Shown here piece after piece: positions 1-9,403 of a DNA stretch of 64,000 nucleotides (within the stretch, counting starts at the first letter, position 1; every line of letters begins with the position of its first letter). The stretch is from Acidimicrobiia bacterium (GTDB taxonomy: Bacteria > Actinomycetota > Acidimicrobiia > Acidimicrobiales > Aldehydirespiratoraceae), in the NCBI GenBank assembly GCA_021296315.1, contig JAGWAO010000007.1, positions 13,737 to 77,736 of the forward strand, given 5' to 3'. The notes under the pieces were generated by a model. It searched no databases and had not been told where the DNA came from. It saw only the letters and a program-made list of their open reading frames with translations. The position numbers and the translations under genes were made by a program.

Positions 1-1
1 C

Positions 2-871
2 AGCGTCGACGGAGAGCCGCGCGACATCGTGGCCGCCGACCTGGCCCTGGCCGACAGCCACTTCGACAGCCAGGTCAGCTCCGGAGACATGGCCGCCGGG
101 GATCCGCTCACCTCGCTGGCCCTGCACAGCGACTCGGCTGAGAGCCTGGGCGTCGGCGTGGGCGACACCGTCGAGGCCACCTTCCCCGACAACCAGACCG
201 AGGTCCTCACCGTGGCGGCGATATTCGAGGACGCGGCCATCTACGGCAACTGGCTGATCGACGGCGCCCTGTGGGACCGCCACTTCAACCGCAACGACCT
301 GGCCTTCGCCAGCGCCCGGATCGCCGGCCTGTCGGACGCCGCCAGCGAGTCGGAGCAGGCCTCGCTGCTGGAACGAAGCCGGGCCGCCGTCAACGACGTC
401 ATCGACCGCTACCCCACCGTGAAGGTCGAGAACCAGGCCGAGTTCCGCCAGACCCAGGAGTCCCAGCTCACCGCCTTCATCAGGGTGATCCAGACCCTGA
501 TCGGCCTGTCGTTCTTCATCGCCCTGATCGGCATCATCAACACCCTGAGCCTGTCGGTGTACGAGCGCATACACGAGATCGGCCTGCTGCGCTCGGTGGG
601 CATGACCCGCCGCCAGCTACGACGCTCGATCTACTGGGAGGCCCTCATCGTGGCCGTCTTCGGTGGCCTGCTGGGTGTGGTGGTGGGCACGGTCTTCGGT
701 GTGGCCACGGCGCTGGCGCTGCCGGAGTCGTTCGTGCAGGCGGTGGCCGTGCCGTGGCTCGATCTGGTGGTGTTCGTGGTGATCTCGGCGGTCGCGGGGC
801 TGCTGGCCGCCATCCTGCCCGCGGTGCGGGCCGGTCGCATGAACATCCTCGACGCCATAGCCCACGAGTAG
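2..871 (+). CDS. ABC transporter permease, FtsX/MacB-type, C-terminal part (5' end outside window)
   Basis: The reading frame is open to the window edge. The C-terminus shows an FtsX-type module (IGLLRSVGMTRRQL loop flanked by hydrophobic helices). Confidence 0.8.
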   Translation, partial: SVDGEPRDIVAADLALADSHFDSQVSSGDMAAGDPLTSLALHSDSAESLGVGVGDTVEATFPDNQTEVLTVAAIFEDAAIYGNWLIDGALWDRHFNRNDLAFASARIAGLSDAASESEQASLLERSRAAVNDVIDRYPTVKVENQAEFRQTQESQLTAFIRVIQTLIGLSFFIALIGIINTLSLSVYERIHEIGLLRSVGMTRRQLRRSIYWEALIVAVFGGLLGVVVGTVFGVATALALPESFVQAVAVPWLDLVVFVVISAVAGLLAAILPAVRAGRMNILDAIAHE

Positions 872-891
872 AGCCCCGCGCGGCCCCAGGT

Positions 892-932
892 TCCCCGCTC
901 CTTTTCGCTGCGCTCACAGGCCGCTCGGCCTC
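892..932. repeat. Copy A (internally deleted) of the ~100-bp interspersed repeat family
   Basis: The sequence ccccgctccttttcgctgcgctcacaggccgctcggcctct matches the left module and right terminal motif of copies at 8151, 55343 and 57685. It overlaps the stop codon of the DegT-like gene. Confidence 0.7.
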
Positions 933-2131
933 TACCCGTAGCGGTCGAAGAGGGCGTCGAGCTGCTCGCAGATGTAGTCCATGTGCTCGGGGCCCAAGCC
1001 GTGGTGGATGGGCAGCGACAGTGAGCGGTCCATCACCCGGTCGCAGTTGGGCAGGCCCCCGCCCGGTGCCCGGTGCTCGATGGCGGCGAAGCCGGGCTGG
1101 CGCAGGATGTTGCCGGTCCACACCATGCGAGTGGACACTCCACGGGACGCCAGGAACTCCTGAGCCTGGGTGCGGTCGAACGGGGCGTCGGGGGTGATCT
1201 CGAAGCAGAACCGCATCCATGTGGTATCGGTCTCGGGCGTGGTGCGGCCGGGAGTCACCCCGGGCCGATCGGCCATGAAGTCGTCCAGGCGGCGCCAGTT
1301 GGCTCGGCGGCGGGCGTTGAATCCCTCCAGCTTGTCGAGCTGCACCAGCCCGTAGGCCGAGCTGAGTTCGTTGGGCTCGAAGTTGTAGCCGATCGAGTCG
1401 AACACGAACACCAGGTCGTAGGGCGTGCCGTCGGCCAGGGCGGAGAACCGGTCGGTGCGGCCCCGCCTCGACCCGTACAGGTACGACTCGCTGCGCCGCC
1501 CCCACCGGCGAAGCGACAGGGCCAGGTCGTATTCGTCGGGGTCGTCGATGCCGACCAGCCCGCCGGTGCCGCCCGCGGTCATGGCGTGGGACCGGGCGAA
1601 GCTGGTGACCCCGATGTGGCTGCGCTCCCCGGTGCGCCGGCAACGCTGGTAGCTGTCGAGCACGTCGCAGGAGTCCTCCACCACGGCCAGCTCGTGGGCG
1701 TCGGCCACCGCCCGCAGGCGGTCCCAGTCGGGGCAGTTGCCGCACAGGTTGGGCACCAGGATCGCCCTGGTGCGCGGGCCGATCATCTCCTCCACCGCGT
1801 CGGTGTCGATCTGGTACGTGTCGGCAGTTATGTCCACGAAGGCCGGCACCAGACCGGACTGGGCCATGGGAGCGATGTCGGTGGAGAACGTCAGCGGCGA
1901 GGTGATGACTTCGTCGCCGGGCTCCAGGCCCAGCAGGTCGATGGCTATGCGCAGGGCCGACGAGCCCGAGTTGACCATGAGCCCGAACCGCTTGGACAGT
2001 TTGGCCGCGACGCGCTGCTCCAGCGCCCGGGTCGCCTCGCCGATCTCCAGCTTCGGGTTGTCCCGCATCACCGCGGCGACCGCTTCGATCTCCCGCTCGT
2101 CGTGCACCGCTCCCGCAGGCGGCAGTTCCAT
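932..2131 (-). CDS. DegT/DnrJ/EryC1/StrS-family PLP-dependent aminotransferase
   Basis: The translation contains MVNSGSSALRIAIDLLGLEPGDEVITSPLTF and AVVEDSCDVL patterns typical of the family. The start is set at ATG 2131 (MELPPAG) because the 36 upstream ORF codons look non-coding. Confidence 0.8.
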   Translation of the reverse strand: MELPPAGAVHDEREIEAVAAVMRDNPKLEIGEATRALEQRVAAKLSKRFGLMVNSGSSALRIAIDLLGLEPGDEVITSPLTFSTDIAPMAQSGLVPAFVDITADTYQIDTDAVEEMIGPRTRAILVPNLCGNCPDWDRLRAVADAHELAVVEDSCDVLDSYQRCRRTGERSHIGVTSFARSHAMTAGGTGGLVGIDDPDEYDLALSLRRWGRRSESYLYGSRRGRTDRFSALADGTPYDLVFVFDSIGYNFEPNELSSAYGLVQLDKLEGFNARRRANWRRLDDFMADRPGVTPGRTTPETDTTWMRFCFEITPDAPFDRTQAQEFLASRGVSTRMVWTGNILRQPGFAAIEHRAPGGGLPNCDRVMDRSLSLPIHHGLGPEHMDYICEQLDALFDRYG

Positions 2132-2218
2132 GGCGCGACTCCTGCCGGATGCCGGTCCGTTGCTTGCGGAGCAGGCTAGACGACTGCACCGGCAGACTGG
2201 AACCGATGCCCTCGAACT

Positions 2219-2257
2219 GATGATATGCTCTGATATCATCGTCGCTCGGGGATATCA
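2219..2257. promoter_or_regulatory. Candidate VapB operator (inverted repeats)
   Basis: GATGATAT-gctctg-ATATCATC lies at 2219-2240 and a further GATATCA at 2251-2257, directly upstream of the RHH antitoxin RBS (GGGAGGA) and TTG start. It is A/T-rich in a GC-rich context. Confidence 0.5.
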
Positions 2258-2287
2258 GCACCACCCGGAGGGACCTGGGAGGACCTG

Positions 2288-2509
2288 TTGACCGACATCC
2301 TGATCCGTGGCCTCTCCGACGATGCCGTCGCCGCAATCGAAGCCAACGCCCGGCGGGCCGGCCTGTCGAGGGCTGAGTACCTGCGACGAACTCTGGAGCG
2401 CGAGCGCCACACCACCGCCGGTGAGGTGACCGTGGAGTCGCTGGCGCGCGTTTGTGAGACCTTCGCCGATCTCGGAGATGCCGACGTGATGCGCGCCGCT
2501 TGGTCGTGA
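2288..2509 (+). CDS. vapB: Type II antitoxin, ribbon-helix-helix (VapB/FitA-like)
   Basis: This is a 73-aa protein ([34 protein letters not shown]). Its 3' end overlaps the start of a PIN-domain gene. Confidence 0.75.
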   Translation: MTDILIRGLSDDAVAAIEANARRAGLSRAEYLRRTLERERHTTAGEVTVESLARVCETFADLGDADVMRAAWS

Positions 2510-2919
2510 CGGCCTGGCTAATCGACAAGTCCGCTCTCGTACGACTGGCGTCGAGTCCCGACTCGGCAGAGTGGGCGTCGAGAATCAGCCGCGGGCTGGT
2601 CCGGATCTCAACGCTGACTCGACTGGAGGTCGGCTTCTCGGCGCGCTCGGCCCACGATCTCCGGCAGAGCCGTGTCGAGCCGCCGCTGAACGCTATGCCC
2701 GTCGAGTACATGACGCCCGCAATCGAGGACCGCGCCGTTGCCGTTCAACAGGCTCTGGCGGATGCGGGCCAGCATCGAGGGCCGTCGATACCAGACCTGC
2801 TGATCGCGGCGACCGCCGAGGCGGCGAGGCTGACCGTGCTGCATGTCGACAAGGACTTCGACCTCATTGCCGAAGTCACCGGGCAGCCCGTCGAGCGATT
2901 GGCGCTCGCGGGTGGCTGA
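2500..2919 (+). CDS. vapC: PIN-domain toxin VapC
   Basis: The translation shows [15 protein letters not shown] and LHVDKDFD acidic PIN residues. An alternative GTG at 2506 forms a GTGA overlap with the antitoxin stop. Confidence 0.8.
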   Translation: MVVTAWLIDKSALVRLASSPDSAEWASRISRGLVRISTLTRLEVGFSARSAHDLRQSRVEPPLNAMPVEYMTPAIEDRAVAVQQALADAGQHRGPSIPDLLIAATAEAARLTVLHVDKDFDLIAEVTGQPVERLALAGG

Positions 2920-2971
2920 GCGCCCGTCAGAATCCCCGGCGGTGCGGGTAAGAGTGGATACCGTGCTGAGG

Positions 2972-4489
2972 ATGGACGAAGTCGAGGTGGGGCACCGGTG
3001 GGCGCCGATTGCGGACCTAACAGACGACGACCGCGCCGTGGCCAGCGAGGAGTTGCCCGCGCTGGCTCGAACGTGGGCCCAAGTCCGCCAAACCCTCGAT
3101 CCTCAACAAGTGGATGAGTTCAACGAGCGCCTGAAGCGGGAGTGGGCGATCGAGACAGGGATCATCGAGCGGCTGTACAGCCTCGACCGGGGCACGACCG
3201 AGGTCCTCATCAAGCATGGAATCGACGCATCTCTCATCGCGAGCGACGCCACGGACCAGCCTCCGGAACTGGTCGCCGGGATCATCAGGGACCACGCCGA
3301 AGCCGTCGATTGGCTCTTCGACGCTGTAACCAGCGAGCGCCCTCTGTCCACCTCCTTCCTGAAGCATTTGCACCAGTTCATGACTCGCAAGCAGGTCTAT
3401 GCGACCGGTATCGACATGTTCGGGAGAAAGCACGAGATCGAGCTGAGACACGGGGAATTCAAGGTCCGCCCGAACAATCCCGTGCGCCCGGACGGCAAGC
3501 TTCATGAATACTGCCCTCCTGAGCACGTTGATGCAGAGATGGACCGGCTGATCGAGATGCACAACCACCACTCGGCGGCGGGTACGGCACCCGACGTCAG
3601 CGCGGCGTGGCTGCATCATCGCTTTGCGCAGATCCATCCCTTCCAGGACGGCAACGGCAGAATCGCTAGGGCCATCGCGTCGCTGGTGCTCATTGGTGCA
3701 GGTTGGTTCCCGCTAGTCGTTACCCGAGACGACCGCTCTAGGTACATCAGCGCACTCGAACAAGCAGACGATCGGGATCTGAGTCTACTCATACGCTTGG
3801 TGGCTGAACTACAGAGAAAGTGGTTCGTTCGCGCTGTCTCGATCGCTGAGGACGTACGGCGCGAGTCGCTCCACTTGGAGCAGATGCTCGATGTCATCGG
3901 CGATATGTTCGGTGCGGAGTCAGCTCCGGCTCAGTCGGAGTTGCACAAAGCCTTTGTGACGGCCGAGAAGGTGTGGTTCCAGTCCCGCAACCGCTTCGAT
4001 GAGTTGAAGGAGCAGTTGGAGCAGCGCCTCGGATTCTCCGACGAAAGAGGCGTGTGGTGCGACTTCGGAAGGGACGACGACGCACGACGGCGCACATGGA
4101 ATCGATATCAGGTAGTCGATACTGCCCGCAGTCTCGACTACTTCGCCAACACACGAGTGCTCCATGAATGGGTTCGCTTGGGAATCCAGACCGAGCACGG
4201 CCGTTCCGAGATACTGACGTCGTTCCATGGGATCGGAACGGAATTTCGGGGACTTGTCGGCGTGTCGATGTGCTTCTACCGGCGCCAACAACCCGAGGAC
4301 ACCGAGGACCACCCCGAGGGCACGCCGCAATTGACTATCCAGCAGCAGATCATCGAGCTGCAGCCTGTCTCGGAGGAGGTCTTCCAAATCAACTACGAGG
4401 AGCCCTTCGAGTCTGTAGAACGACGGTTCCAGGGATGGCTAGAACGCGCCCTGGTCCTAGCCCTCGACCAATGGCGGCGCGGCGAGTAG
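2972..4489 (+). CDS. Fic-family protein (AMPylase-type) with long N- and C-terminal extensions
   Basis: The canonical Fic motif HPFQDGNGRIAR is present. The start is set at ATG 2972 (MDEVEVG) because the upstream part of the 548-aa ORF overlaps vapC. The region is visibly more A/T-rich. Confidence 0.8.
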   Translation: MDEVEVGHRWAPIADLTDDDRAVASEELPALARTWAQVRQTLDPQQVDEFNERLKREWAIETGIIERLYSLDRGTTEVLIKHGIDASLIASDATDQPPELVAGIIRDHAEAVDWLFDAVTSERPLSTSFLKHLHQFMTRKQVYATGIDMFGRKHEIELRHGEFKVRPNNPVRPDGKLHEYCPPEHVDAEMDRLIEMHNHHSAAGTAPDVSAAWLHHRFAQIHPFQDGNGRIARAIASLVLIGAGWFPLVVTRDDRSRYISALEQADDRDLSLLIRLVAELQRKWFVRAVSIAEDVRRESLHLEQMLDVIGDMFGAESAPAQSELHKAFVTAEKVWFQSRNRFDELKEQLEQRLGFSDERGVWCDFGRDDDARRRTWNRYQVVDTARSLDYFANTRVLHEWVRLGIQTEHGRSEILTSFHGIGTEFRGLVGVSMCFYRRQQPEDTEDHPEGTPQLTIQQQIIELQPVSEEVFQINYEEPFESVERRFQGWLERALVLALDQWRRGE

Positions 4490-4498
4490 GGCCTCCCC

Positions 4499-7400
4499 TC
4501 AAGTGCGGTAGAGCATTCCTTTGTAGGCGGACGTGAATCCGGCCGTCTCCAGGCGGGCCGCCCACGGGGTCTCCCGGACGGGCTGGCCGTCGACCTTGGC
4601 GATCTCCACCTTGCGGAGGCGACCGTCCTTGACCAGGCCGATGATCGCCTCGATCCAAACGTCGTTCGACTCCGCGCCCTCGAAGGTGGCCAGGGACCGG
4701 CCGCCCCGTTCGAGCATGACCAGCGGCAGCCCGTCGGCCAGCACCACATGGGCGCCCGCGGTACGGGCGGGCCTGCCCCGCGAGTCGGGCCAGGACAGAG
4801 CGGCGCCGTAGGGCTGGGCCGGGTCGGTGGCGGCCAGCACCACCGGCGGCGCATCGGGCTCCGGCGTGCGGGTTCCCCGCAGGCGGTCGACGGCACCGGG
4901 CAGGGCGAACTGGGCCGCGCCCAGCCCGGCCACGAAGTAGCCCCGGCGGGCCTCGCCCCGCTCCTCCAGCGCCTTGAGCACCGGATAGACCCCTGCGAAC
5001 CCGCCCTCGGATTCCTCGCCCAGCGCGGTCTCCCGGGTGACAACGCCGTAGCGGTCGAGAAGCTGGTGGGCTCGGGCCAGGGCCGATTCCGTGGGTGCGG
5101 GCTTGGGGCTGAGCAGCGGCTCCACCAGCGACCAGCGTCCCGCGGCCGACGGCGGTCCGGTGGCGTTGAGGCCTCCGAGCCGGAGACGGCCCCGCCGGGA
5201 CCGGCCGGCTCGTGGCGAGGTGCGCCCGGCCCGGGACGGCTGGCGGCGCGGCCCGACCGACCGATGGCCGGTGATGCGGGCCCGCAGCGGAGTGAGGGAG
5301 TCGTTCGTCACCTCGCCTGCCCACACCAGATCCCACAGCGCGGCCAACACCGTCTCGGTGTCGTAGGGCAAGGACGCGGCCTGTGCGGCGGCCACCAGGT
5401 CCGGCCAGAACGATGCTCCCCGATCCCTCAGCCGGTCCCGCAGCGCATCGTGGACCGCCCCGTCGCAAGGCTCAGCCGCGGGAACGAGCAGGGCGGCCTG
5501 ATCACGGAACACAAGGCGCACCCTGCCGTCGGTGGCGCCCAGCGCGCCCGCGCCCACCCAGACGATCTCGCCGGACGTGCACAGCTGGTCCAAGTCCGCG
5601 GGCTTGTAGCCGGCCATCCGGCCGGCCAGCACGTCGGCCTCCAGCACCGACGCGGCCACGGGCGCTCCCTGCACCTGCGCCACTACGTCGGCGAGGGCGT
5701 CCACCCCCCGGCGCCGGCCGCCGACACCCTGCCACTGGGGCAGGAACCGGGCCAGCGCCTCGGGCGGCACCGGCTCCACCTCCTGGCGCAGCTCGGCCAG
5801 GCAACGGCGGCGGATGCGCCGCAGGACTTCGGCATCGCAGTACTCCCGGTCGGCCCCGCCCGGACGGAACTCGCCCCGCAGCAGGCGGCCCTCGGCCACC
5901 AGCGATGCCAGCCGGGCCGCGACCGGCTGCTCGCCTACGCCCAGCCAGCGAGCCACGTCGCGGGCGAGGAACGGGCCGTGGGTGCGTGCGTAGCGGACGC
6001 ACAGGTCGCCGAGGGGGTCGTCCACCGGCTCGGTGTCCGATGCCGCCAGCCCCACCGGCAGGGCCGCTCCGGCCCCGTCGCGCAGCCGGGCCGCGTCGGC
6101 GGCGTCGGCCACCACGTCGCGGCCGGCCAGGCGGGTCTCGAGAGCCCGGCGCTGCTCTACCAGCGTCCGCACCCAGCCCGCTACCCGTTCGGCATCGGAT
6201 CCCGGCGCCGGGGCGGTCCGCGCCACCAGCTCGTCGAGCGTCAGCGGCCCCAGCACTCGCAGCAGGTCGTGGGCTTCGTCGCCGTCCCGGGCCTGGCTTC
6301 CGGCGACCAGCCGTTGCAGCTCCAACTCGATATCAGCAATCACTCCGGCATCGAGCAGTTCCCGCAGTTCCTCGGCGCCCAGCAGGTCGCGCAGCAGATC
6401 ACGGTCCAGAGCCAACGCCGCGGCCCGCCGTTCGGCCAGGGGCGCGTCACCCTCGTACATGTAGACCGCGATCCACGAGAACAGCAGCGACTGGGCAAAG
6501 GGCGACGCCTGGGCGGTGTCCACCGCGACCACCCGGACCCGGCGGTTGCGCAGGTCGGCCATGAGTTCCACCAGCGCAGGCAGGTCGAACACGTCGTTGA
6601 GACACTCGCGGGTGGTCTCCAGCAGGACCGGGAACGACGGGTACTTGGCCGCCACCGACAGCAGGTCGGCAGCCCGCTGGCGCTGCTGCCACAGCGGGGT
6701 GCGCTGATCGGGCCGGCGCCGGGGCAGCAACAGGGCCCGGGCCGCGCACTCCCGGAATCGGGACGCGAACATCGACGTCTCGGGCAGGCGCCCGACCACC
6801 AGGTCTCTGACTTCGTCGGGATCGAACATCAAGTCATCCACCCGAAGCTCGTCGATGGCCTCGGGCAGGCGCATGACGATGCCGTCGTCGCCCCACATCA
6901 GGTCCACGTCGACGCCCCAGGCCTCGCCCAGGCGGGCCTGTAGCGCCACCCCCCAGGGGGCGTGAACCTGGGCGCCGAAGGGGGTGAGCACGCACACTCG
7001 CCAGTCGCCGATCTCGTCGCGGAACCGCTCCACCACCACGGTGCGATCATCGGGAACCGCGCCGGTGGCGGCGGCCTGGTCCCCGAGGTAGGCGAGAAGG
7101 TTGTCCGCGGCCGTCTCATCGAGGCCGCAACGCTGCCGCAACCGGGCCGTGGCCGCATCGACATCGCCTTCGGCGCGCAGCTCCCGCACCAGACTCCCCA
7201 CAGCCCGGCCCAGCTCGATGGGACGACCGGGCCCGTCGCCGTGCCAGAACGGCATCTTGCCCAGCTCGCCGGGCGCAGGGGTCACCACCACCCGCTCGAA
7301 GGTGATCTCGACAATGCGCCAGGTGGTCGCCCCCAGCAGGAACGTCTCACCGACCCGGCTCTCGTAGACCATCTCCTCGTCGAGTTCGCCCACTCTGGTG

Positions 7401-9343
7401 CCGTCGGGCAGGAACACACCGAACAGGCCCCGGTCGGGGATGGTTCCCGCGTTGGTGACCGCGAGGCGCTGAGATCCGGCCCGGCCCCGCAGCACGCCGT
7501 TGGCCCGGTCCCACACCACGCGGGGCCTCAACTCGGAGAACTCCTCGGCCGGATAGGTGCCCGACAGCAGCTCAAGCACGCTCTGCAGCACCTCGTCGGA
7601 CAGCTCGACGAAGCCGGCGCTGCGTCGCAGCACGGCCGCCATCCGCTCGACCGGCCAGTCGTCCATGGCGCACATGGCCACGATCTGCTGGGCGGCCACG
7701 TCTATGGGGTTGCGCAGGTAGCGGGTGTGCTCGACCTCGCCGGCGTGCATGCGCTCCACCACCGCGGCCGCCTCCAGCAGGTCGGCACGGTGCTTGGGGA
7801 AGATCCGGCCCCGGCTCGGCTCGCCCACCCGGTGCCCGGCCCGCCCGATGCGCTGCAGCCCGGAGGCCACCGACCCGGGTGAGGCCACCTGCACCACCAG
7901 GTCCACGGCACCCATGTCGATGCCGAGCTCGAGCGTCGAGGTGGCGACCAGGCCCTTCAACTCGCCTCTCTTGAGCTCGTCCTCGATGAGCAGACGGCGC
8001 TGCCGCGAGATCGACCCATGGTGGGCCTTGACCAGTTCGACACCCTCGGCCGCACCGATACCGGCCTGTTCATCACCCAGCGGGACCGGCGGCGGCGCAT
8101 CCAGAGGGCGCGCCGACGGGCTGGAGCCCGCTGTCTCGAAATGGGGTGTATCCCGCTCCTGTTCGCTGCGCTCACGGGCCGCTCGGGCCATGGCCTCGCT
8201 GGTCCGAGCCGGCTGCGCAGGGTAGGTCGGCGGACTCTCCGCTCGGCCTCTGAGCAGGGCCTCGATCGATTCGCCCACATGCTGCGGCCCGCCCGCCCCG
8301 ATGGATTTCGGGTTGGTGTTGTGTGGCAGGTCCACAGGACTCGCCCCGAGATACTGCGCCTCCTGATCCTGGGCCTCCAAGTGCAGTTCGTTGAGCCGGG
8401 CCGCGAGGCGCTCGGCCAGCCGGCGGGCGTTGGCGAAGATCAGCGTGGACCGGTGGGACTGGACCAGCTCCAGCAGGCGGGGATGGATGGCAGGCCAGAT
8501 GCTGCGCCGCAGCGGTCCGGCCGCGGCTCCGGCCGACGCCGGCGGCTCGACCGTCTCGCCCAGCGAGGCCATGTCGGCCACCGGGACCACCACCTCGACG
8601 TCGAGCTCTTTGCGGGCTGCGGCGTCCACCACGGTCACGGGGCGGGGAACCGCCGATCCTCCGGGCCCGGTGTCGAAGCCGCCCAGGAAGCGGGCGATCT
8701 CGTCGAGGGGTCGCTGGGTGGCGGACAGCGCGATGCGCTGCGGCGAGCGCTCGCACAGCTCCTCGAGGCGCTCCAGAGACACCATCAGATGGGTGCCCCG
8801 CTTGCTGGCGGCCACCGCATGGATCTCATCGACGATCACATGGCGCACCCCGGCGAGAGTCTCCCGGGCCCGGCTGGTCAGCATCAGGAACAGCGACTCG
8901 GGAGTAGTGATCAGGATGTGCGGAGGGTGTCGAACGAGCCGCCGGCGCTCATCGGCCGAGGTGTCGCCGGTGCGCACCCCCACCGTGGGCACATTCACTG
9001 CCGCGCCGAGCCGGTCGGCAGCCAACTGGATGCCGTGCAGCGGCGCCCTCAGGTTCTTCTCGACATCGACGGCCAGCGCCCGCAGGGGCGACACGTACAG
9101 CACCCGAGTGCCGGGGTCGCATGCGGCATGGTCGGCCGACATGAGCCGGTCGATGGCCCACAGGAACGCGGCCAGCGTCTTGCCCGTGCCGGTGGGTGCG
9201 CACACCAGGGTGTGATCCCCGGCCGCGATGGGCGGCCAGCCCTCGACCTGCGGCGCCGTCGGCGCTGCAAAAGCCGACGCGAACCAGGCCCGGGTCGGCT
9301 CGGAGAACGCAGCCAGCGGATCAGCAGACGGGTCAGCCACCAC
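4499..9343 (-). CDS. lhr: Lhr-type ATP-dependent DEXH helicase
   Basis: The protein is 1614 aa with motifs APTGTGKT, VIVDEIHAV, LSATQRP, KAHHGSISRQ, ATSTLELGIDMG and QRIGRAGH, plus the long Lhr-type C-terminal extension. It has a GTG start. Confidence 0.9.
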   Translation of the reverse strand: MVADPSADPLAAFSEPTRAWFASAFAAPTAPQVEGWPPIAAGDHTLVCAPTGTGKTLAAFLWAIDRLMSADHAACDPGTRVLYVSPLRALAVDVEKNLRAPLHGIQLAADRLGAAVNVPTVGVRTGDTSADERRRLVRHPPHILITTPESLFLMLTSRARETLAGVRHVIVDEIHAVAASKRGTHLMVSLERLEELCERSPQRIALSATQRPLDEIARFLGGFDTGPGGSAVPRPVTVVDAAARKELDVEVVVPVADMASLGETVEPPASAGAAAGPLRRSIWPAIHPRLLELVQSHRSTLIFANARRLAERLAARLNELHLEAQDQEAQYLGASPVDLPHNTNPKSIGAGGPQHVGESIEALLRGRAESPPTYPAQPARTSEAMARAARERSEQERDTPHFETAGSSPSARPLDAPPPVPLGDEQAGIGAAEGVELVKAHHGSISRQRRLLIEDELKRGELKGLVATSTLELGIDMGAVDLVVQVASPGSVASGLQRIGRAGHRVGEPSRGRIFPKHRADLLEAAAVVERMHAGEVEHTRYLRNPIDVAAQQIVAMCAMDDWPVERMAAVLRRSAGFVELSDEVLQSVLELLSGTYPAEEFSELRPRVVWDRANGVLRGRAGSQRLAVTNAGTIPDRGLFGVFLPDGTRVGELDEEMVYESRVGETFLLGATTWRIVEITFERVVVTPAPGELGKMPFWHGDGPGRPIELGRAVGSLVRELRAEGDVDAATARLRQRCGLDETAADNLLAYLGDQAAATGAVPDDRTVVVERFRDEIGDWRVCVLTPFGAQVHAPWGVALQARLGEAWGVDVDLMWGDDGIVMRLPEAIDELRVDDLMFDPDEVRDLVVGRLPETSMFASRFRECAARALLLPRRRPDQRTPLWQQRQRAADLLSVAAKYPSFPVLLETTRECLNDVFDLPALVELMADLRNRRVRVVAVDTAQASPFAQSLLFSWIAVYMYEGDAPLAERRAAALALDRDLLRDLLGAEELRELLDAGVIADIELELQRLVAGSQARDGDEAHDLLRVLGPLTLDELVARTAPAPGSDAERVAGWVRTLVEQRRALETRLAGRDVVADAADAARLRDGAGAALPVGLAASDTEPVDDPLGDLCVRYARTHGPFLARDVARWLGVGEQPVAARLASLVAEGRLLRGEFRPGGADREYCDAEVLRRIRRRCLAELRQEVEPVPPEALARFLPQWQGVGGRRRGVDALADVVAQVQGAPVAASVLEADVLAGRMAGYKPADLDQLCTSGEIVWVGAGALGATDGRVRLVFRDQAALLVPAAEPCDGAVHDALRDRLRDRGASFWPDLVAAAQAASLPYDTETVLAALWDLVWAGEVTNDSLTPLRARITGHRSVGPRRQPSRAGRTSPRAGRSRRGRLRLGGLNATGPPSAAGRWSLVEPLLSPKPAPTESALARAHQLLDRYGVVTRETALGEESEGGFAGVYPVLKALEERGEARRGYFVAGLGAAQFALPGAVDRLRGTRTPEPDAPPVVLAATDPAQPYGAALSWPDSRGRPARTAGAHVVLADGLPLVMLERGGRSLATFEGAESNDVWIEAIIGLVKDGRLRKVEIAKVDGQPVRETPWAARLETAGFTSAYKGMLYRT
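8151..8254. repeat. Copy B of the ~100-bp interspersed repeat family, in frame inside lhr
   Basis: The sequence tcccgctcctgttcgctgcgctcacgggccgctcgggccatggcctcgct...ctccgctcggcctctgag is translated in lhr as RGRAESPPTYPAQPARTSEAMARAARERSEQERD. Confidence 0.75.
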
Positions 9344-9403
9344 GGCGCCACCGTACCGACCGCCTACGACACCCGCCGGATCTGCCCCCTACAGTGGCTC
9401 CCC

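Noticed and set aside
645-2711. A very long Arg/Pro/Gly-rich ORF (688 aa). Similar ORFs occur elsewhere, for example 4748-6943 (+), 26807-28978 (+), 29934-31922 (-), 38593-40809 (-), 40046-42367 (-) and 57681-59096 (-).
   Set aside because: These are antisense or off-frame shadow ORFs, typical of high-GC DNA. Each overlaps a gene with clear family motifs on the other strand or frame, and their translations are low-complexity.
8018-9403. The upstream 460 codons of the 777-aa track ORF 8018-10351.
   Set aside because: This part is antisense to lhr and has an Arg-rich, non-protein-like translation. Only the part starting at ATG 9404 (MTNPFRFG) looks like a real LLM oxidoreductase.
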